A stretch of DNA of 64,000 nucleotides from Clostridia bacterium (GCA_017619495.1 JAFZSF010000013.1:10228-74227), one strand, 5' to 3'. Positions 26,054 through 36,437 are shown, counted from the stretch's first letter. The notes: a model not told the origin generated them from the sequence alone. Numbers and translations are program-made.

Positions 26054-26983
26054 ATGGCACTTATGAAAGCATTTTGGGAAGTTGTCGGTGAAACCATGCT
26101 AGACGCGGTGAAAGTCTTGCCCATTTTGTTAGCGGCTTATTTTTTAATCGAGTTCATTGAATATAAGTGGGCAAACAAATTGCAAAACAACCGTTTCTTG
26201 CGCGGTAAGGCCAGTCCGGTCTTGGCAGCCTTGGTTGGTTCAGTACCGCAATGCGGTTTTTCGGTGGTGGCGGCCGACTTATTCGCCCAAGGTATCATTC
26301 CAATTGGTGCTTTGTTAGCGGTCTTCGTGGCTACCAGTGATGAAGCGTTGCCCTTGTTACTTAGTCACCCGCAAAAATGGTTATCCATTGTCGTGTTAGT
26401 ATTGTCTAAAATTGTGATTGCGATTGTGGTGGGGTATTTAGCCAACGCTATGTTCCGTTTGTTACACCGTCGTAAAACGGTAACCGCACTTGAGGGACAT
26501 ATTGACCACGCTGACGAACATGTGCATGAACACGCGGAACAACTCATTAGTATCCACGATGGTTGCTGTCACCATCATTTGGATACTAAGCGGTTTGATT
26601 GGAAACACCCCTTATTACATAGTTTGAAAATTTGGGCGTTCATCGTTATCATTAGTTTACTGTTTGGTTGTATCGCCGACCTATGGATTGGGGAAGACCG
26701 CATGGCGGAATTTTTGACCAGTAGTTATTGGTTGCAACCACTGTTAGCGGTCGTGGTCGGCTTGATTCCTAATTGTGCTGCCAGTGTTGTGTTGACCGAA
26801 CTGTATTTAATGGGTGGCTTGCGCTTTGGTGCATTGCTAGGCGGTCTTTGCGTTAATGCTGGTTTAGGTTTGATTTTCTTATTAAAGCAAAAAGGTATTT
26901 GGCGGGAAAAATTATTCGTTATTGGTTGGTTAATTGGACTAAGCGTTTTGGTAGGTTATAGTTTCCTGTGGTTAGCAATTTAA
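26054..26983 (+). CDS. putative metal-ion permease with histidine-rich loop
   Basis: About 10 TM helices. GSVPQCGFSVV and ATSDEALPLL motifs. Loop EGHIDHADEHVHEHAEQLISIHDGCCHHH. Family assignment by recollection. Start may be 26063. Confidence 0.5.
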   Translation: MALMKAFWEVVGETMLDAVKVLPILLAAYFLIEFIEYKWANKLQNNRFLRGKASPVLAALVGSVPQCGFSVVAADLFAQGIIPIGALLAVFVATSDEALPLLLSHPQKWLSIVVLVLSKIVIAIVVGYLANAMFRLLHRRKTVTALEGHIDHADEHVHEHAEQLISIHDGCCHHHLDTKRFDWKHPLLHSLKIWAFIVIISLLFGCIADLWIGEDRMAEFLTSSYWLQPLLAVVVGLIPNCAASVVLTELYLMGGLRFGALLGGLCVNAGLGLIFLLKQKGIWREKLFVIGWLIGLSVLVGYSFLWLAI

Positions 26984-27768
26984 TTTTGTTCAATGCGTAA
27001 TGCCGATTTATTAAATTTGTTTAAGTAATGTTGGTAAAGTTTGCTGGTTACAAAATAAGTTAAAAAGGACACGCCTGCAATACAACCAATCCCAAAGCCC
27101 AGCAACAATATGTCATAGGCAAATTGTCCGGCAGATAAACGGAAGTTATCCAAAGCGGCCAAACTGGAATGTAATACATCGGTATAGTTTTCGTGGAAAG
27201 TAAAGGCACCAATTAAGACAACAAAGTAAAATGCGGTATACAGTAAAATACTGCGTTTAATGTGTTGGCGGTCGGGTTGATAAACATTCAACAAGATTAA
27301 ATAAATCCAGTAAGCTACCACACCCATGTGATAGAAGAAAGTATGGAAATGGTCAAAAGAACCCCAGACATCATGGGCGGCATCGTGTAGAATCATACGC
27401 GGTGCTACAAATAAAAGTACGCTGACCATGAAACCGCCGGTAATACTGCAAAAGTACATCAATTGACGTAATTTACCACGGGTGCATAAGGCCAAAGCGT
27501 ACCAAACTAAAAAGAAACTGCAAAAGTGTAACGGTAAAAACCAAACATGCCAGTTGTGCATGTAAATGTGATATGTCTGCTTAATGACCTCAAAAATTAA
27601 TAAAGTAGCACCAATGATATGCAACGGAATTTGACGCACTGCCAAAGATTTTTTACCTAAAACAAATTTCAAAATTACACCCACTGTCAAAATCAAAAAC
27701 AGTGCGATAAACATGGTAAAAAACTCCGCTTGTGTGTATCCCATAGCTCTACATATGTAGTATAGCAA
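26980..27768 (-). CDS. integral membrane protein, YwaF/TMEM164-like
   Basis: 7 TM helices. WFLPLHFCSF resembles the LPLHLC motif of that family (recollection). Start may be ATG 27744. Confidence 0.45.
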   Translation of the reverse strand: MLYYICRAMGYTQAEFFTMFIALFLILTVGVILKFVLGKKSLAVRQIPLHIIGATLLIFEVIKQTYHIYMHNWHVWFLPLHFCSFFLVWYALALCTRGKLRQLMYFCSITGGFMVSVLLFVAPRMILHDAAHDVWGSFDHFHTFFYHMGVVAYWIYLILLNVYQPDRQHIKRSILLYTAFYFVVLIGAFTFHENYTDVLHSSLAALDNFRLSAGQFAYDILLLGFGIGCIAGVSFLTYFVTSKLYQHYLNKFNKSALRIEQN

Positions 27769-27845
27769 CTTTGCGTGTTTTTAGCAACCCTACAACGCAA
27801 AAGTTCGCCCAACGGCGGACTTTCAATTTATTACTGTTACTTTAA

Positions 27846-28562
27846 TTATTTTTCACTGGTACCGATAACCTTGCCGTCATGACTGACGACTACAAAGTAG
27901 CGATTTCCGTCTTCGGTCACGAAAGATACAAACCAATAAGGTGTATTAACCGTGGTGCTGTCGCAAAGAATTTTGGTTGAACTTTCCATGCGGGTATCGG
28001 TGGATAAAACGCCGTTTAAGGCTTGGCAGGCAATTTCCAACGCGGTTTCCCAAGTAATGGCTGCGTCAGGCATGACATTTTCCAAACTAACGGTACCAAT
28101 CGTTTCCCCGTTGGCTTGGAAAGTTACACTGACATTCGCGTTGGCGTCCAAAGCGTTTTCCAAGTCGGCGGCGTAGTTATTGCCGTACGGGTTTTTTTCC
28201 AAAATTAAAGTGATGGGTTCGTCATCGTTAACTTTAATAGTGGTAGTGATGCAACCATTGTAAACAATTTTATCATTGCTAGGCTCGACGGATAATACCG
28301 TGAAGGGAACTGTGGCCGTCGCGATGCCGTCAGCGTTAAATTCAGTTTCGCGAATTCCACTATATAATTGCACATTGCCAATCGCGTTATCCGCACTGGT
28401 GGTTTTCAAATAGAAGCGTGCTTCGGCGATATTTTCCAATGCCATTTGGTAAGTATCACTGCGTTTGAAATGAAGAACCCCGATGATGGTAACAACGGCC
28501 GCCATAATAATAATGCTGGCGGCAATCCAGAATTTTTTGTTCAAAAATTTTTTTAGCTTCAT
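27846..28562 (-). CDS. membrane-anchored extracytoplasmic protein with PepSY-like C-terminus
   Basis: N-terminal TM helix. The C-terminal ITWETALEIACQAL...YWFVSFVTEDGNRYFVVVSHDGKVI pattern is PepSY-like. Confidence 0.45.
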   Translation of the reverse strand: MKLKKFLNKKFWIAASIIIMAAVVTIIGVLHFKRSDTYQMALENIAEARFYLKTTSADNAIGNVQLYSGIRETEFNADGIATATVPFTVLSVEPSNDKIVYNGCITTTIKVNDDEPITLILEKNPYGNNYAADLENALDANANVSVTFQANGETIGTVSLENVMPDAAITWETALEIACQALNGVLSTDTRMESSTKILCDSTTVNTPYWFVSFVTEDGNRYFVVVSHDGKVIGTSEK

Positions 28563-28604
28563 AGCCCATATCTATGAACCAATTTGGTAAATATGCAAAT
28601 TTTG

Positions 28605-29147
28605 TCAATCTTTTTGGCAATAGGTTAATTTAATGCGCAAGATGCGGGAACCACATTCAATGCGTAAGTAACCAGTTGGTCGGTCTTGGTCAGTTCTGCC
28701 GTCGCCAATGTAAGCAGGTGCGTTTTCTTTAATGTGTAAATAGAATAAACCTTGATAATTTGCCTTGGTAATGGTGCGGGTATCACTTTGGTCGCGTACT
28801 TCCACAAATTGTTGCGCATCTTCGTCTAAAATAAAAGTAATTGGGGTCGCCAAAGCTTTTTCAGTGGGAGTACTCGTGCTAATGGTGAATAATTGGTCTT
28901 GGGCAATTTCACAATGATAACTAACCGGACCCGAACCTTCTAAGTTAGATAAATTATCAATGGATAACGCATTCGGCATGACGGCTTGGGTAACTGTACC
29001 GCGCAAAATAAACCCAATAATCAATAGTAAAATTCCTAACGCCAAAATGACGCCAGAAATAATTTTGTACTTCTTGGTTCTGGAAGCTGTGATTAAATCA
29101 AATTTTGGTTTTTCTCCCGTAGTAAATTTCCCCATAAATTCAATCAT
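28605..29147 (-). CDS. membrane-anchored hypothetical protein
   Basis: 180-aa ORF with a single N-terminal TM helix. No motif recognised. Confidence 0.5.
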   Translation of the reverse strand: MIEFMGKFTTGEKPKFDLITASRTKKYKIISGVILALGILLLIIGFILRGTVTQAVMPNALSIDNLSNLEGSGPVSYHCEIAQDQLFTISTSTPTEKALATPITFILDEDAQQFVEVRDQSDTRTITKANYQGLFYLHIKENAPAYIGDGRTDQDRPTGYLRIECGSRILRIKLTYCQKD

Positions 29148-29192
29148 AGTATGCTGCTAATTTCAATTTTTAGCAAATACAAATAATATCAG

Positions 29193-30566
29193 ATGAAAGT
29201 TTCCCGTACGGATAAACTGTTTTATGGTGTCGGCGCGTTTGGTTATGGTAGCGTGAATCAAACCTTAAATAATTTTTTAATGTTTTTTGGTACGGGCGTA
29301 TTAGGCTTGTCCGGCACTTTAATGGGACTAGCCATTGCCATTTCCACAGTTTGGGACGCGGTTACCGATCCTTTGGTAGGAGCGTTGTCAGATAACTACC
29401 GTGGACGGTTGGGCAAGCGTCACACTTTTATGTTGGTGGGTTGTGTTGCCGTAGCGACGATTAACCTTTTGCTTTGGCACATCAATCCCCAGTGGGGCGA
29501 AACGCGTAAGTTTTTAAGTTTGTTGGTGGGGCTATTATTAATTGAAACTTTTAATACCGTTTATTCTACACCGTACGGGGCGTTGGGTTTTGACATGTGT
29601 CAAAGTTACCATGCACGCACCAGTATTCAAAGTTACAAAACCGTGTTTCAATCCGCCGCTTTGTTAGTTCCGTCCCTGTTAATGGGGATTGTTTTACGCC
29701 CCAAAGCCGTAGCAACCATGCACACTGCCGCCAGTGGTTACCATGTAATTGCCGCCATTACCAGCTCTTTGTGTATTATCACGGCGTTGGTTACCATAAT
29801 TGGTACTTTCCGTTACCGTCACGCAGGTACCGTTAATCCGCGTCCCACGGCACATAAAGTTTCCTTTTTACAGGCATTTTTCGCAATTTTAGATGAACGC
29901 AACCGGGTTTATTTAATCACTGCTTATGCGGTTGCATTATCGTGTAGTGCGTTTTTAACTACTTTGGGTATGCATGTGTTTACTTATACTTTTCATTTTA
30001 CTTCGTGGCAAATTTCGTTGGTCTTAGGCTGTTTAGTAGCGGGAGTGATTAGTGGGCAACCTTTATGGTGTCGGGTTAGTAACCATCTCGGCAAAAAGCG
30101 TACGGTGCAAGTCGCCTTGTGGGTAGTGTTATGCGGGGTTGCCGTGTTTGCCATGTTATTAACCGCGCGTATGTATTTGACCCCCGCGGTTGTGTTACTA
30201 ATTTTAGCTAGCGACATTTATTTAATCGCGGTCGGGGTCGGTTGTATCTATTCTTTGCCAATTAGTATGTTCGCTGATAATATCCGCTTAGAAAGTACGG
30301 CGATGGCGACGGGCTTTTTAACTTTCTGTACTAAATGTACGAACGCGGTTGTAACTTTCGTTGTGGGATGGTTGTTGGATTTAATTGGTTTTCAAAGTGG
30401 CGTTGCAACCCAAACTTGGCAGGTTAGTACCGCACTGGGTTGGGTCTTGGTCGGTGGCGTTACTGTGGCTGGTTTAGGGGCGTGGCTGTTGTTTGGGAAA
30501 TATCAAGACAAAGCGGCGGGTAGTGTGCTATCTTATCATGATGAAAAAATCGAACCTGTCCGTTAA
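29193..30566 (+). CDS. MFS transporter, glycoside-pentoside-hexuronide (GPH) family
   Basis: 457 aa, 12 TM helices. N-terminal KLFYGVGAFGYG...WDAVTDPLVGALSD pattern. Confidence 0.75.
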   Translation: MKVSRTDKLFYGVGAFGYGSVNQTLNNFLMFFGTGVLGLSGTLMGLAIAISTVWDAVTDPLVGALSDNYRGRLGKRHTFMLVGCVAVATINLLLWHINPQWGETRKFLSLLVGLLLIETFNTVYSTPYGALGFDMCQSYHARTSIQSYKTVFQSAALLVPSLLMGIVLRPKAVATMHTAASGYHVIAAITSSLCIITALVTIIGTFRYRHAGTVNPRPTAHKVSFLQAFFAILDERNRVYLITAYAVALSCSAFLTTLGMHVFTYTFHFTSWQISLVLGCLVAGVISGQPLWCRVSNHLGKKRTVQVALWVVLCGVAVFAMLLTARMYLTPAVVLLILASDIYLIAVGVGCIYSLPISMFADNIRLESTAMATGFLTFCTKCTNAVVTFVVGWLLDLIGFQSGVATQTWQVSTALGWVLVGGVTVAGLGAWLLFGKYQDKAAGSVLSYHDEKIEPVR

Positions 30567-31404
30567 AATTATCCCCGCTCCGTTAGCGGGGTGGACGGAT
30601 TACGCCATGCGCGCGGTTTTAGTGGACTGTGGCGCGCGTGAAGTTTGGACCGAAATGATTAATGCGACCGCCTTGGTGCGTGACAATGCTAAAACTGTGG
30701 CGATGTTAAAACCAGTAACCACCACCGGCGTCCGCCAAGTAGTGCAATTATTCGGGCGCGAACCCGCGGATTTTGTGACGGTGATCAATTCGGGGTTATT
30801 AAAAGATTATGATGAAGTGAATTTGAACATGGGTTGTCCCGCACCGAAGATTATCAAAAATCATTGTGGTTGTGCTTTAATGAAAGACTTGGATGCGGCG
30901 CGACGCTTAATTGCATTATGTCGTGATGCTACTAAACAAACGGGACAAGCGCTGAGTGTTAAAATGCGTTTGGGCTGGGACAAAGATATCGCGGTAGAGT
31001 TCGCCCAAATGTGTGAAAAAGCTGGTGTTGACCGACTAATCGTCCATGGTCGCTTGGGAATTGATGGTTACCGTGGCACGGCCGATTATGCGGGGATTGC
31101 GCGCGTCAAAGCCGCGGTTAAAATCTCAGTGATTGCTAACGGCGATATCCGCGACCGCGCGAGTTATGAAAAATGTTTGGCGGAAACCCATGCCGATGGT
31201 GTCATGGTGGGGCGGGCTTTGTGTGGTGCACCGTGGAAAATTAACTTGGACGACCAAGTGCCAACTTACGCCCGCATCGTGGAGCTGATGCAAATGCAAA
31301 AACGCTTACATATTGGTAATCCCAGCGATTTAATTAAACATTGGTTAGCATACCAAAAACAATTGAAAAAACTATATCCAGATCAACCTGTGCCGGTGTT
31401 GTAA
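30538..31404 (+). CDS. dus: tRNA-dihydrouridine synthase
   Basis: Start set to ATG 30538 (MMKKSNLSVKIIPAPLAGWTD). NMGCPAPKI catalytic Cys loop. VKMRLGW. Confidence 0.8.
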   Translation: MMKKSNLSVKIIPAPLAGWTDYAMRAVLVDCGAREVWTEMINATALVRDNAKTVAMLKPVTTTGVRQVVQLFGREPADFVTVINSGLLKDYDEVNLNMGCPAPKIIKNHCGCALMKDLDAARRLIALCRDATKQTGQALSVKMRLGWDKDIAVEFAQMCEKAGVDRLIVHGRLGIDGYRGTADYAGIARVKAAVKISVIANGDIRDRASYEKCLAETHADGVMVGRALCGAPWKINLDDQVPTYARIVELMQMQKRLHIGNPSDLIKHWLAYQKQLKKLYPDQPVPVL

Positions 31405-31507
31405 ACGCTAGGTTGCTGCTTATTTTTTCAGTAGGACAAATTCCCATTTTTTGATAAAAGTTAGTTAATTTAATGCTACACTATATACGATAAGGATATA
31501 GATAGAA

Positions 31508-32455
31508 ATGAAATATTCAAATAAACTAATTATTATTTTAACCAAAGCATGTAATCGGGAATGTCAGTTTTGTATTGATCGCCCTAATCGCAAATATTAC
31601 CCAAACGATAAAAAGTTTATTGATCTTGCCACGGTGGAAAAAATCTTAAAATTTGCGGAAGAACACCAAATAAAAACGATTGCTTTAAATGGTGGAGAAC
31701 CAACTTTACATCCGCAAATTGTTGAAATTGCTAAAATGGTTAAAGCTAAGGGCTTTACCTTAAAATTATTTACAAATTATGATTATCCAGATGTTGTTAA
31801 AAACTTAGATGGTATTGTTGATATTATTCGTATTTCATATTATGGACCGATGACTTTACCGAACCAAAAAGATTTTAAGTCGAAAATAACACTAAAAATT
31901 ATGCTTACCAAGCAAACTTTTCCACGATTGGAACAACTCATTGAGTTTGTTAAAAAACACTCCCCAAATTTTTATGATATTAAAATTCATACGCTAATGC
32001 AGAATAATGATTATAGTATTAATGCACAAGTGGACTATTTAGACGAATTAAAGCAACGATATCCTTTGAAGCGTAATGAAAAGGGTGATTATTATCATGA
32101 TTTTATGGGATTTCAAATTGAAAGAGAGGATTTACCAAACTTAGATTACGACATTGAGCAAAGGTTATATAAAGCCCATATGGACGGGACTATTTCACAT
32201 TACTTTGAAGAAGATCATTATGAACTTGGTGCATTAGACCAAAATGCAATTTATACCAAAGTATTAAGAGCGCATCGTAACTCACAGTACCGGGCAAATG
32301 TAAAAAAGGCTTACGAAAATCATTGTTTAGATGCGGAAAACTGTGATAAATATTTACCACCTAAAAGCAAACTTACAAAATTTAATGGTAATGGCTTAGA
32401 TTACACCGCAATGGTTAAGTCGTCCTTTAATCCTGATATTACACGAGAGTATTAA
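31508..32455 (+). CDS. radical SAM domain protein, orphan
   Basis: 315 aa. CNRECQFC (CxxxCxxC) at residues 15-22. NGGEPTLHP. Only two Cys in the C-terminal part. AT-rich. Confidence 0.7.
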   Translation: MKYSNKLIIILTKACNRECQFCIDRPNRKYYPNDKKFIDLATVEKILKFAEEHQIKTIALNGGEPTLHPQIVEIAKMVKAKGFTLKLFTNYDYPDVVKNLDGIVDIIRISYYGPMTLPNQKDFKSKITLKIMLTKQTFPRLEQLIEFVKKHSPNFYDIKIHTLMQNNDYSINAQVDYLDELKQRYPLKRNEKGDYYHDFMGFQIEREDLPNLDYDIEQRLYKAHMDGTISHYFEEDHYELGALDQNAIYTKVLRAHRNSQYRANVKKAYENHCLDAENCDKYLPPKSKLTKFNGNGLDYTAMVKSSFNPDITREY

Positions 32456-33744
32456 TTGGGTGTGTTCTTAGTGATTTGAATTTGTGATGTACCAGTATCC
32501 GTGGTTTCGGTAGGTGCTACTTCTCGTCGGTGTAAAGTGTAACGGTGCGGAACAGCTTGGTAAGTGTTGTGGCGTAACAGTTTGCGCGACAAACGCTTGT
32601 TGCCTTGATAAGTTTCTAAATAGGTATCAACCACATGTCCCATGTAGCCACTTTTAACTAAAACGCGATCGTAGCGGTCGGGGTGGTTTTGGTAATCTTT
32701 AATGGTAGTTGCGGGCAAATTGTCCACCCACTTATCTTTGGGCTCCAAAGTTTTGGTAACGGCAGTATCCAAACGGTAAGTAATGTTTGGTCCTTTGTCG
32801 CGACCATAAATGGCAACGGTTAAACGGTGGTCATGAAAACTGGTTTCAAAGTAAATTGGTGCGCCCGTATTGTTAACGAAGCGTAAATCGGCTGCCCCTG
32901 ATACCATCGCGTCTTGTCCTAACGGAATATAGGAAGACCGTAAACTGTGGTGGTGTGATTCGGTAATTTGTAAACCGGCTTGTACGGCCGCATTGAAAAT
33001 AGTCGTACTAACTTGACAAACGCCGCCACCCACGCCGTCAACATATTCACCATTAACAATAATTTTAGCTTCGCGAAAACCGGTCGCCGTAGAACGACGC
33101 CCCACCACTTGGTTAAAAGAAACTTGTTCCCCTGGATTAACGCGTAAGCCGTTGAATTTTCCCAGTGCCAAAGCAATATTATTTTCGCGGTCGGGGTTGG
33201 TGGTACAATCCGTACTAAACCGACTGCGTTGTTTGATGTTCTGTAAAATTTGTGCCGCGGGAGTAGGTTCAACCGTGCGGTAATCAACTTTGACTACGGG
33301 GTATTGGTTACCTTTTAAGGCGTTCACAATCTCCGCATATAAACGCTCGCGGTCAATTATGCGACCGACCTTTTGACCACGCACGGTAAAGCGTGGCGTT
33401 TGATGCGGGTGAAAATCAATTTGTCCGTTAAAAGCGGCGACTTCGTATTTTGGCGCGATGCGGTCGAGATACTGCACAATGTCAGGGAAAGTGCCCGCAA
33501 AAGTATCACTCTCTGTCATACTGGTGGCGCGGGAAAATAAACTTTTCCCTTGGGTTAAAATTTGGCGGTCGTCATAGTTGTACCAACCACCTTGTAAAAT
33601 GTTTTCGGTTAAGACGACTTGTTCGGTACCGAAATTAATGGTTAAAGCGGTCGGTGCGCCCGTGTGAGGAAACGACCAAGCCCCGCAAAAAGTTACGGCT
33701 AATAACATGGTACAACTTAATAACCATTTAGTTGTGTTACGCAT
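32452..33744 (-). CDS. VanW family protein
   Basis: 430 aa. Signal/TM at the N-terminus. GEQVSFNQVVG...GGGVCQVSTTIFNAA...ESHHHS VanW core. Confidence 0.8.
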   Translation of the reverse strand: MRNTTKWLLSCTMLLAVTFCGAWSFPHTGAPTALTINFGTEQVVLTENILQGGWYNYDDRQILTQGKSLFSRATSMTESDTFAGTFPDIVQYLDRIAPKYEVAAFNGQIDFHPHQTPRFTVRGQKVGRIIDRERLYAEIVNALKGNQYPVVKVDYRTVEPTPAAQILQNIKQRSRFSTDCTTNPDRENNIALALGKFNGLRVNPGEQVSFNQVVGRRSTATGFREAKIIVNGEYVDGVGGGVCQVSTTIFNAAVQAGLQITESHHHSLRSSYIPLGQDAMVSGAADLRFVNNTGAPIYFETSFHDHRLTVAIYGRDKGPNITYRLDTAVTKTLEPKDKWVDNLPATTIKDYQNHPDRYDRVLVKSGYMGHVVDTYLETYQGNKRLSRKLLRHNTYQAVPHRYTLHRREVAPTETTDTGTSQIQITKNTPN

Positions 33745-33868
33745 TGAGTTTATTTTGTGTAAAGCTCTTTACAAATATTAATGCTTGCGGTATATTATCT
33801 ACATTAACGCGGGAGATGTGTAACAAAGTTACGCAGTCGCTGGTACCGCTTAAAAGGAAAATTAAAAA

Positions 33869-34297
33869 ATGGCAGACAAACCAATTAAGGCAGTTGTCAA
33901 GTTACAATTGCAAGCCGGTGCTGCAACTCCGGCTCCGCCCGTGGGTACCATTTTAGGTCCACACGGGATTAACTTACCGGGCTTCGTTAAACAATTTAAC
34001 GACGCCACCGCTAAGGACAAAGGCTTGGTCATTCCAGTTGTCGTCACAATTTACGGCGACCGTTCATTTGACTTCGTCTTGAAAACTCCGCCCGCAGCAG
34101 TTTTAATTAAACAAGCATTAGGATTGCAAAGTGGTAGCAAGCGTCCGAACACGGAAAAAGTCGGCAAATTGACCAAAGAACAAGTGCGTAAAATCGCGGA
34201 ACAAAAAATGCCCGATTTGAATGTTGCTTCGATTGAAGCGGCAGAACGCTTGGTCAAAGGTAGTGCACGCAGCATGGGCGTGACCGTGGAGGAATAA
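33869..34297 (+). CDS. rplK: 50S ribosomal protein L11
   Basis: 142 aa. [25 protein letters not shown]. Confidence 0.95.
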   Translation: MADKPIKAVVKLQLQAGAATPAPPVGTILGPHGINLPGFVKQFNDATAKDKGLVIPVVVTIYGDRSFDFVLKTPPAAVLIKQALGLQSGSKRPNTEKVGKLTKEQVRKIAEQKMPDLNVASIEAAERLVKGSARSMGVTVEE

Positions 34298-34301
34298 AAC
34301 G

Positions 34302-34985
34302 ATGAAACACAGTAAGAGTTATAACAAAGTTTTGGAAGAAACCAAGAGCGTACACGCTTTGCCGATTGACGAAGCTTTGGCTTTGGTTGAAAAAACTAAA
34401 CGCGTCAAATTTGACGAAACCATCGAAGTGCACATTAACTTGGGCGTTGATGGTAAACAAGCGGATCAACAAGTCCGTGGTACCGTGGTTTTGCCACATG
34501 GTACTGGTCGCAGCCAAAAAATCTTGGTTTTGGCCAAGGGCGATAAAGCCGTTGAAGCGGAAAAAGCCGGTGCAGATTTTGTCGGTGCCGAAGATATGAT
34601 CGCTAAAATTAACGGTGGTTGGTTAGGCTTTGATGTCTGTATTACCACCCCAGATATGATGGGTATGGTTGGTCGTATCGCCCGCGTTTTGGGTCCCAAA
34701 GGCTTAATGCCGAACCCGAAGAGTGGTACTGTTACCATGGATGTTAAAAAAGCCGTTGCTGATGCTAAGGGTGGTAAAGTTGAATACCGTTTGGATAAAG
34801 CCAATATTGTCCACTGTATTATCGGTAAAATGTCTTTCGGTACTAAAAAATTGGCGGAAAACTATGCGGTCTTGTTAGACGCGATTGTTAAAGCCAAACC
34901 CAGTGCCGCGAAGGGTACTTACTTGAAACGCGTTACCGTTTGTTCATCAATGGGTGTGGGTGTTCAAGTCGCCACTCAAATGTAA
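34302..34985 (+). CDS. rplA: 50S ribosomal protein L1
   Basis: 227 aa. [26 protein letters not shown]. Confidence 0.95.
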   Translation: MKHSKSYNKVLEETKSVHALPIDEALALVEKTKRVKFDETIEVHINLGVDGKQADQQVRGTVVLPHGTGRSQKILVLAKGDKAVEAEKAGADFVGAEDMIAKINGGWLGFDVCITTPDMMGMVGRIARVLGPKGLMPNPKSGTVTMDVKKAVADAKGGKVEYRLDKANIVHCIIGKMSFGTKKLAENYAVLLDAIVKAKPSAAKGTYLKRVTVCSSMGVGVQVATQM

Positions 34986-35010
34986 TTTGGGGTTAGCTGT
35001 TGAAACACAA

Positions 35011-35039
35011 AAACACGGGTTGTCGCCCGTGTTTTTTTT
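35011..35039. terminator. bidirectional terminator between rplA and the HD-domain gene
   Basis: CACGGG/CCCGTG hairpin flanked by an A-run and a T8 run. Confidence 0.8.
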
Positions 35040-35044
35040 GTGAC

Positions 35045-35803
35045 TTAATTTAAGTTATTTATGTAACTGGGATCAAGGTACCGTGCGCGCACAGTTTTAA
35101 CCGCGTCAAGATATACTTGTTGGTCGGCAGTATTTAGGTACGGTAAAAAATTTTGTGTGATAGCGTTAAAGAAATTGTTTTGCAAAATTTGCTCTTTTAA
35201 AAAATCATAGCGCACATAATAAAGGTTGGCTGTTAACATTAAAGCGCGGTCGAGTTTGGTGTGTGCGGTATGCTGAACCAAAAGTTTTAAATTCATAAAA
35301 TCGTCAAGTAACGCGGGCGTGTAACCGTCTTGGTTAAAGATAATGCGCTGTGAGCCGTTAGCGGTGTTTAAAACATTAGCGTAGGCATCGGCGTTCATAA
35401 TAATTTGACGAAATAGTTTTACGCGTTCGTCGCTGCCTGTATAAGGTTTGGTATGATACTTAACAGCTAAACGCACCGCGTTTTGGTCGGACTTGGTGAA
35501 CATTGATAAATCAAATTTTTGAATCATTTCATATGATAAATCGCCATGGTCGACCGAAACTTTATCGTTATAAGTTTGATAGCGTTTCCATTGTTCAAAA
35601 CGACCAGTATCGTGTAAGATACCGCAAAGGTAAGCTAAATTACGGTTTTTTTCATGTAAATTTAATCGACAAGCAATCGTAAAACACATGTCCGCTACGG
35701 TAGTGGAGTGAATGATTTTTCGAATGATATTGTCATTACTGGTGTCATATTGTAAGACAAAAGTAAAAAATTGATGATTAATGTTTTGTACTAGGTCTTT
35801 CAT
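35045..35803 (-). CDS. HD-domain phosphohydrolase family protein
   Basis: 252 aa. H...HD metal motif (IIHSTTVA ... GILHDTGRFEQW). Confidence 0.65.
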   Translation of the reverse strand: MKDLVQNINHQFFTFVLQYDTSNDNIIRKIIHSTTVADMCFTIACRLNLHEKNRNLAYLCGILHDTGRFEQWKRYQTYNDKVSVDHGDLSYEMIQKFDLSMFTKSDQNAVRLAVKYHTKPYTGSDERVKLFRQIIMNADAYANVLNTANGSQRIIFNQDGYTPALLDDFMNLKLLVQHTAHTKLDRALMLTANLYYVRYDFLKEQILQNNFFNAITQNFLPYLNTADQQVYLDAVKTVRARYLDPSYINNLN

Positions 35804-35855
35804 AAATCTACATTATATATCATCAATTTTTATTAATCTGTCAAGCTATGTTTGT

Positions 35856-36062
35856 TCATTCTAAATAAAACAGGTCGTCGACCTTGCAGTCTAATGCAAC
35901 ACTTAGCAAGATAGCTAGTTTAGTGGTAGGATTATACTGTTTCTTTTCAATTGAAATAATTGTTTGGCGTGAAGTACCGATTAACTTGGCTAGTTCTTCT
36001 TGCGATAAGCCTTTTCCGATTCGGCGTTCTTTTAAATGGTTATTCAGTTCTAATGGTTTCAT
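35856..36062 (-). CDS. XRE-family helix-turn-helix transcriptional regulator
   Basis: 68 aa. LSQEELAKLIGTSRQTIISIEKKQYNP. Confidence 0.85.
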   Translation of the reverse strand: MKPLELNNHLKERRIGKGLSQEELAKLIGTSRQTIISIEKKQYNPTTKLAILLSVALDCKVDDLFYLE

Positions 36063-36063
36063 G

Positions 36064-36399
36064 TTACCACCAAATGCCCGTTAAAGCGAGAATGTAACGC
36101 ACAGTAAAGAAAATGGCTGCCAAGTATTCTAAAACTGCACCAATCAAAACTTGCCATGGGTATTTAGCGCAAAAGTATTGCAAAGTATAAAATGTGCCCG
36201 CCCATACCAAACAAATGGTAGCAATGGCGTAAATCGCTGTGAAGTGGGCAAAGATACCTTCCACGATGATAAAAGCTACCGCAACAACTCCGGTTGTCAA
36301 TAACGCAATTAAGGCACTTTTGCTGAGTTTGCCGCGTTCCATTTCGCCAACCACTGTTTTCTTACTTTGTGCTTTTTGTAAAATTTCTGCTTTGTTCAT
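36064..36399 (-). CDS. small membrane protein co-transcribed with the XRE regulator
   Basis: 111 aa, 3 TM helices. AAGGAGG SD. Stop is 1 nt before the XRE start. Confidence 0.6.
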   Translation of the reverse strand: MNKAEILQKAQSKKTVVGEMERGKLSKSALIALLTTGVVAVAFIIVEGIFAHFTAIYAIATICLVWAGTFYTLQYFCAKYPWQVLIGAVLEYLAAIFFTVRYILALTGIWW

Positions 36400-36413
36400 T
36401 TTTTTTCCTCCTT

Positions 36414-36433
36414 ATGTAAAGTAAACTTTACAT
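36414..36433. promoter_or_regulatory. 20-bp perfect palindrome, probable XRE operator
   Basis: ATGTAAAGT-AA-ACTTTACAT. Lies 4 nt downstream of the -10 of the membrane/XRE operon and just upstream of its SD. A third half-site, CTTTACAT, is at 36472-36479. Confidence 0.6.
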
Positions 36434-36437
36434 AGCT

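Noticed and set aside
31405-32455. The radical SAM gene as a RiPP maturase with an upstream precursor peptide.
   Set aside because: There is no small ORF with an SD in 31405-31507, no SPASM-type Cys cluster, and no transporter or protease neighbours.
33745-33868. An L1-binding autoregulatory leader upstream of rplK (TTTACA-17-TATATT promoter followed by GGGAGATGTG...).
   Set aside because: It is plausible by position, but I cannot reproduce the 23S L1-stalk mimic structure by eye. I leave it uncalled.
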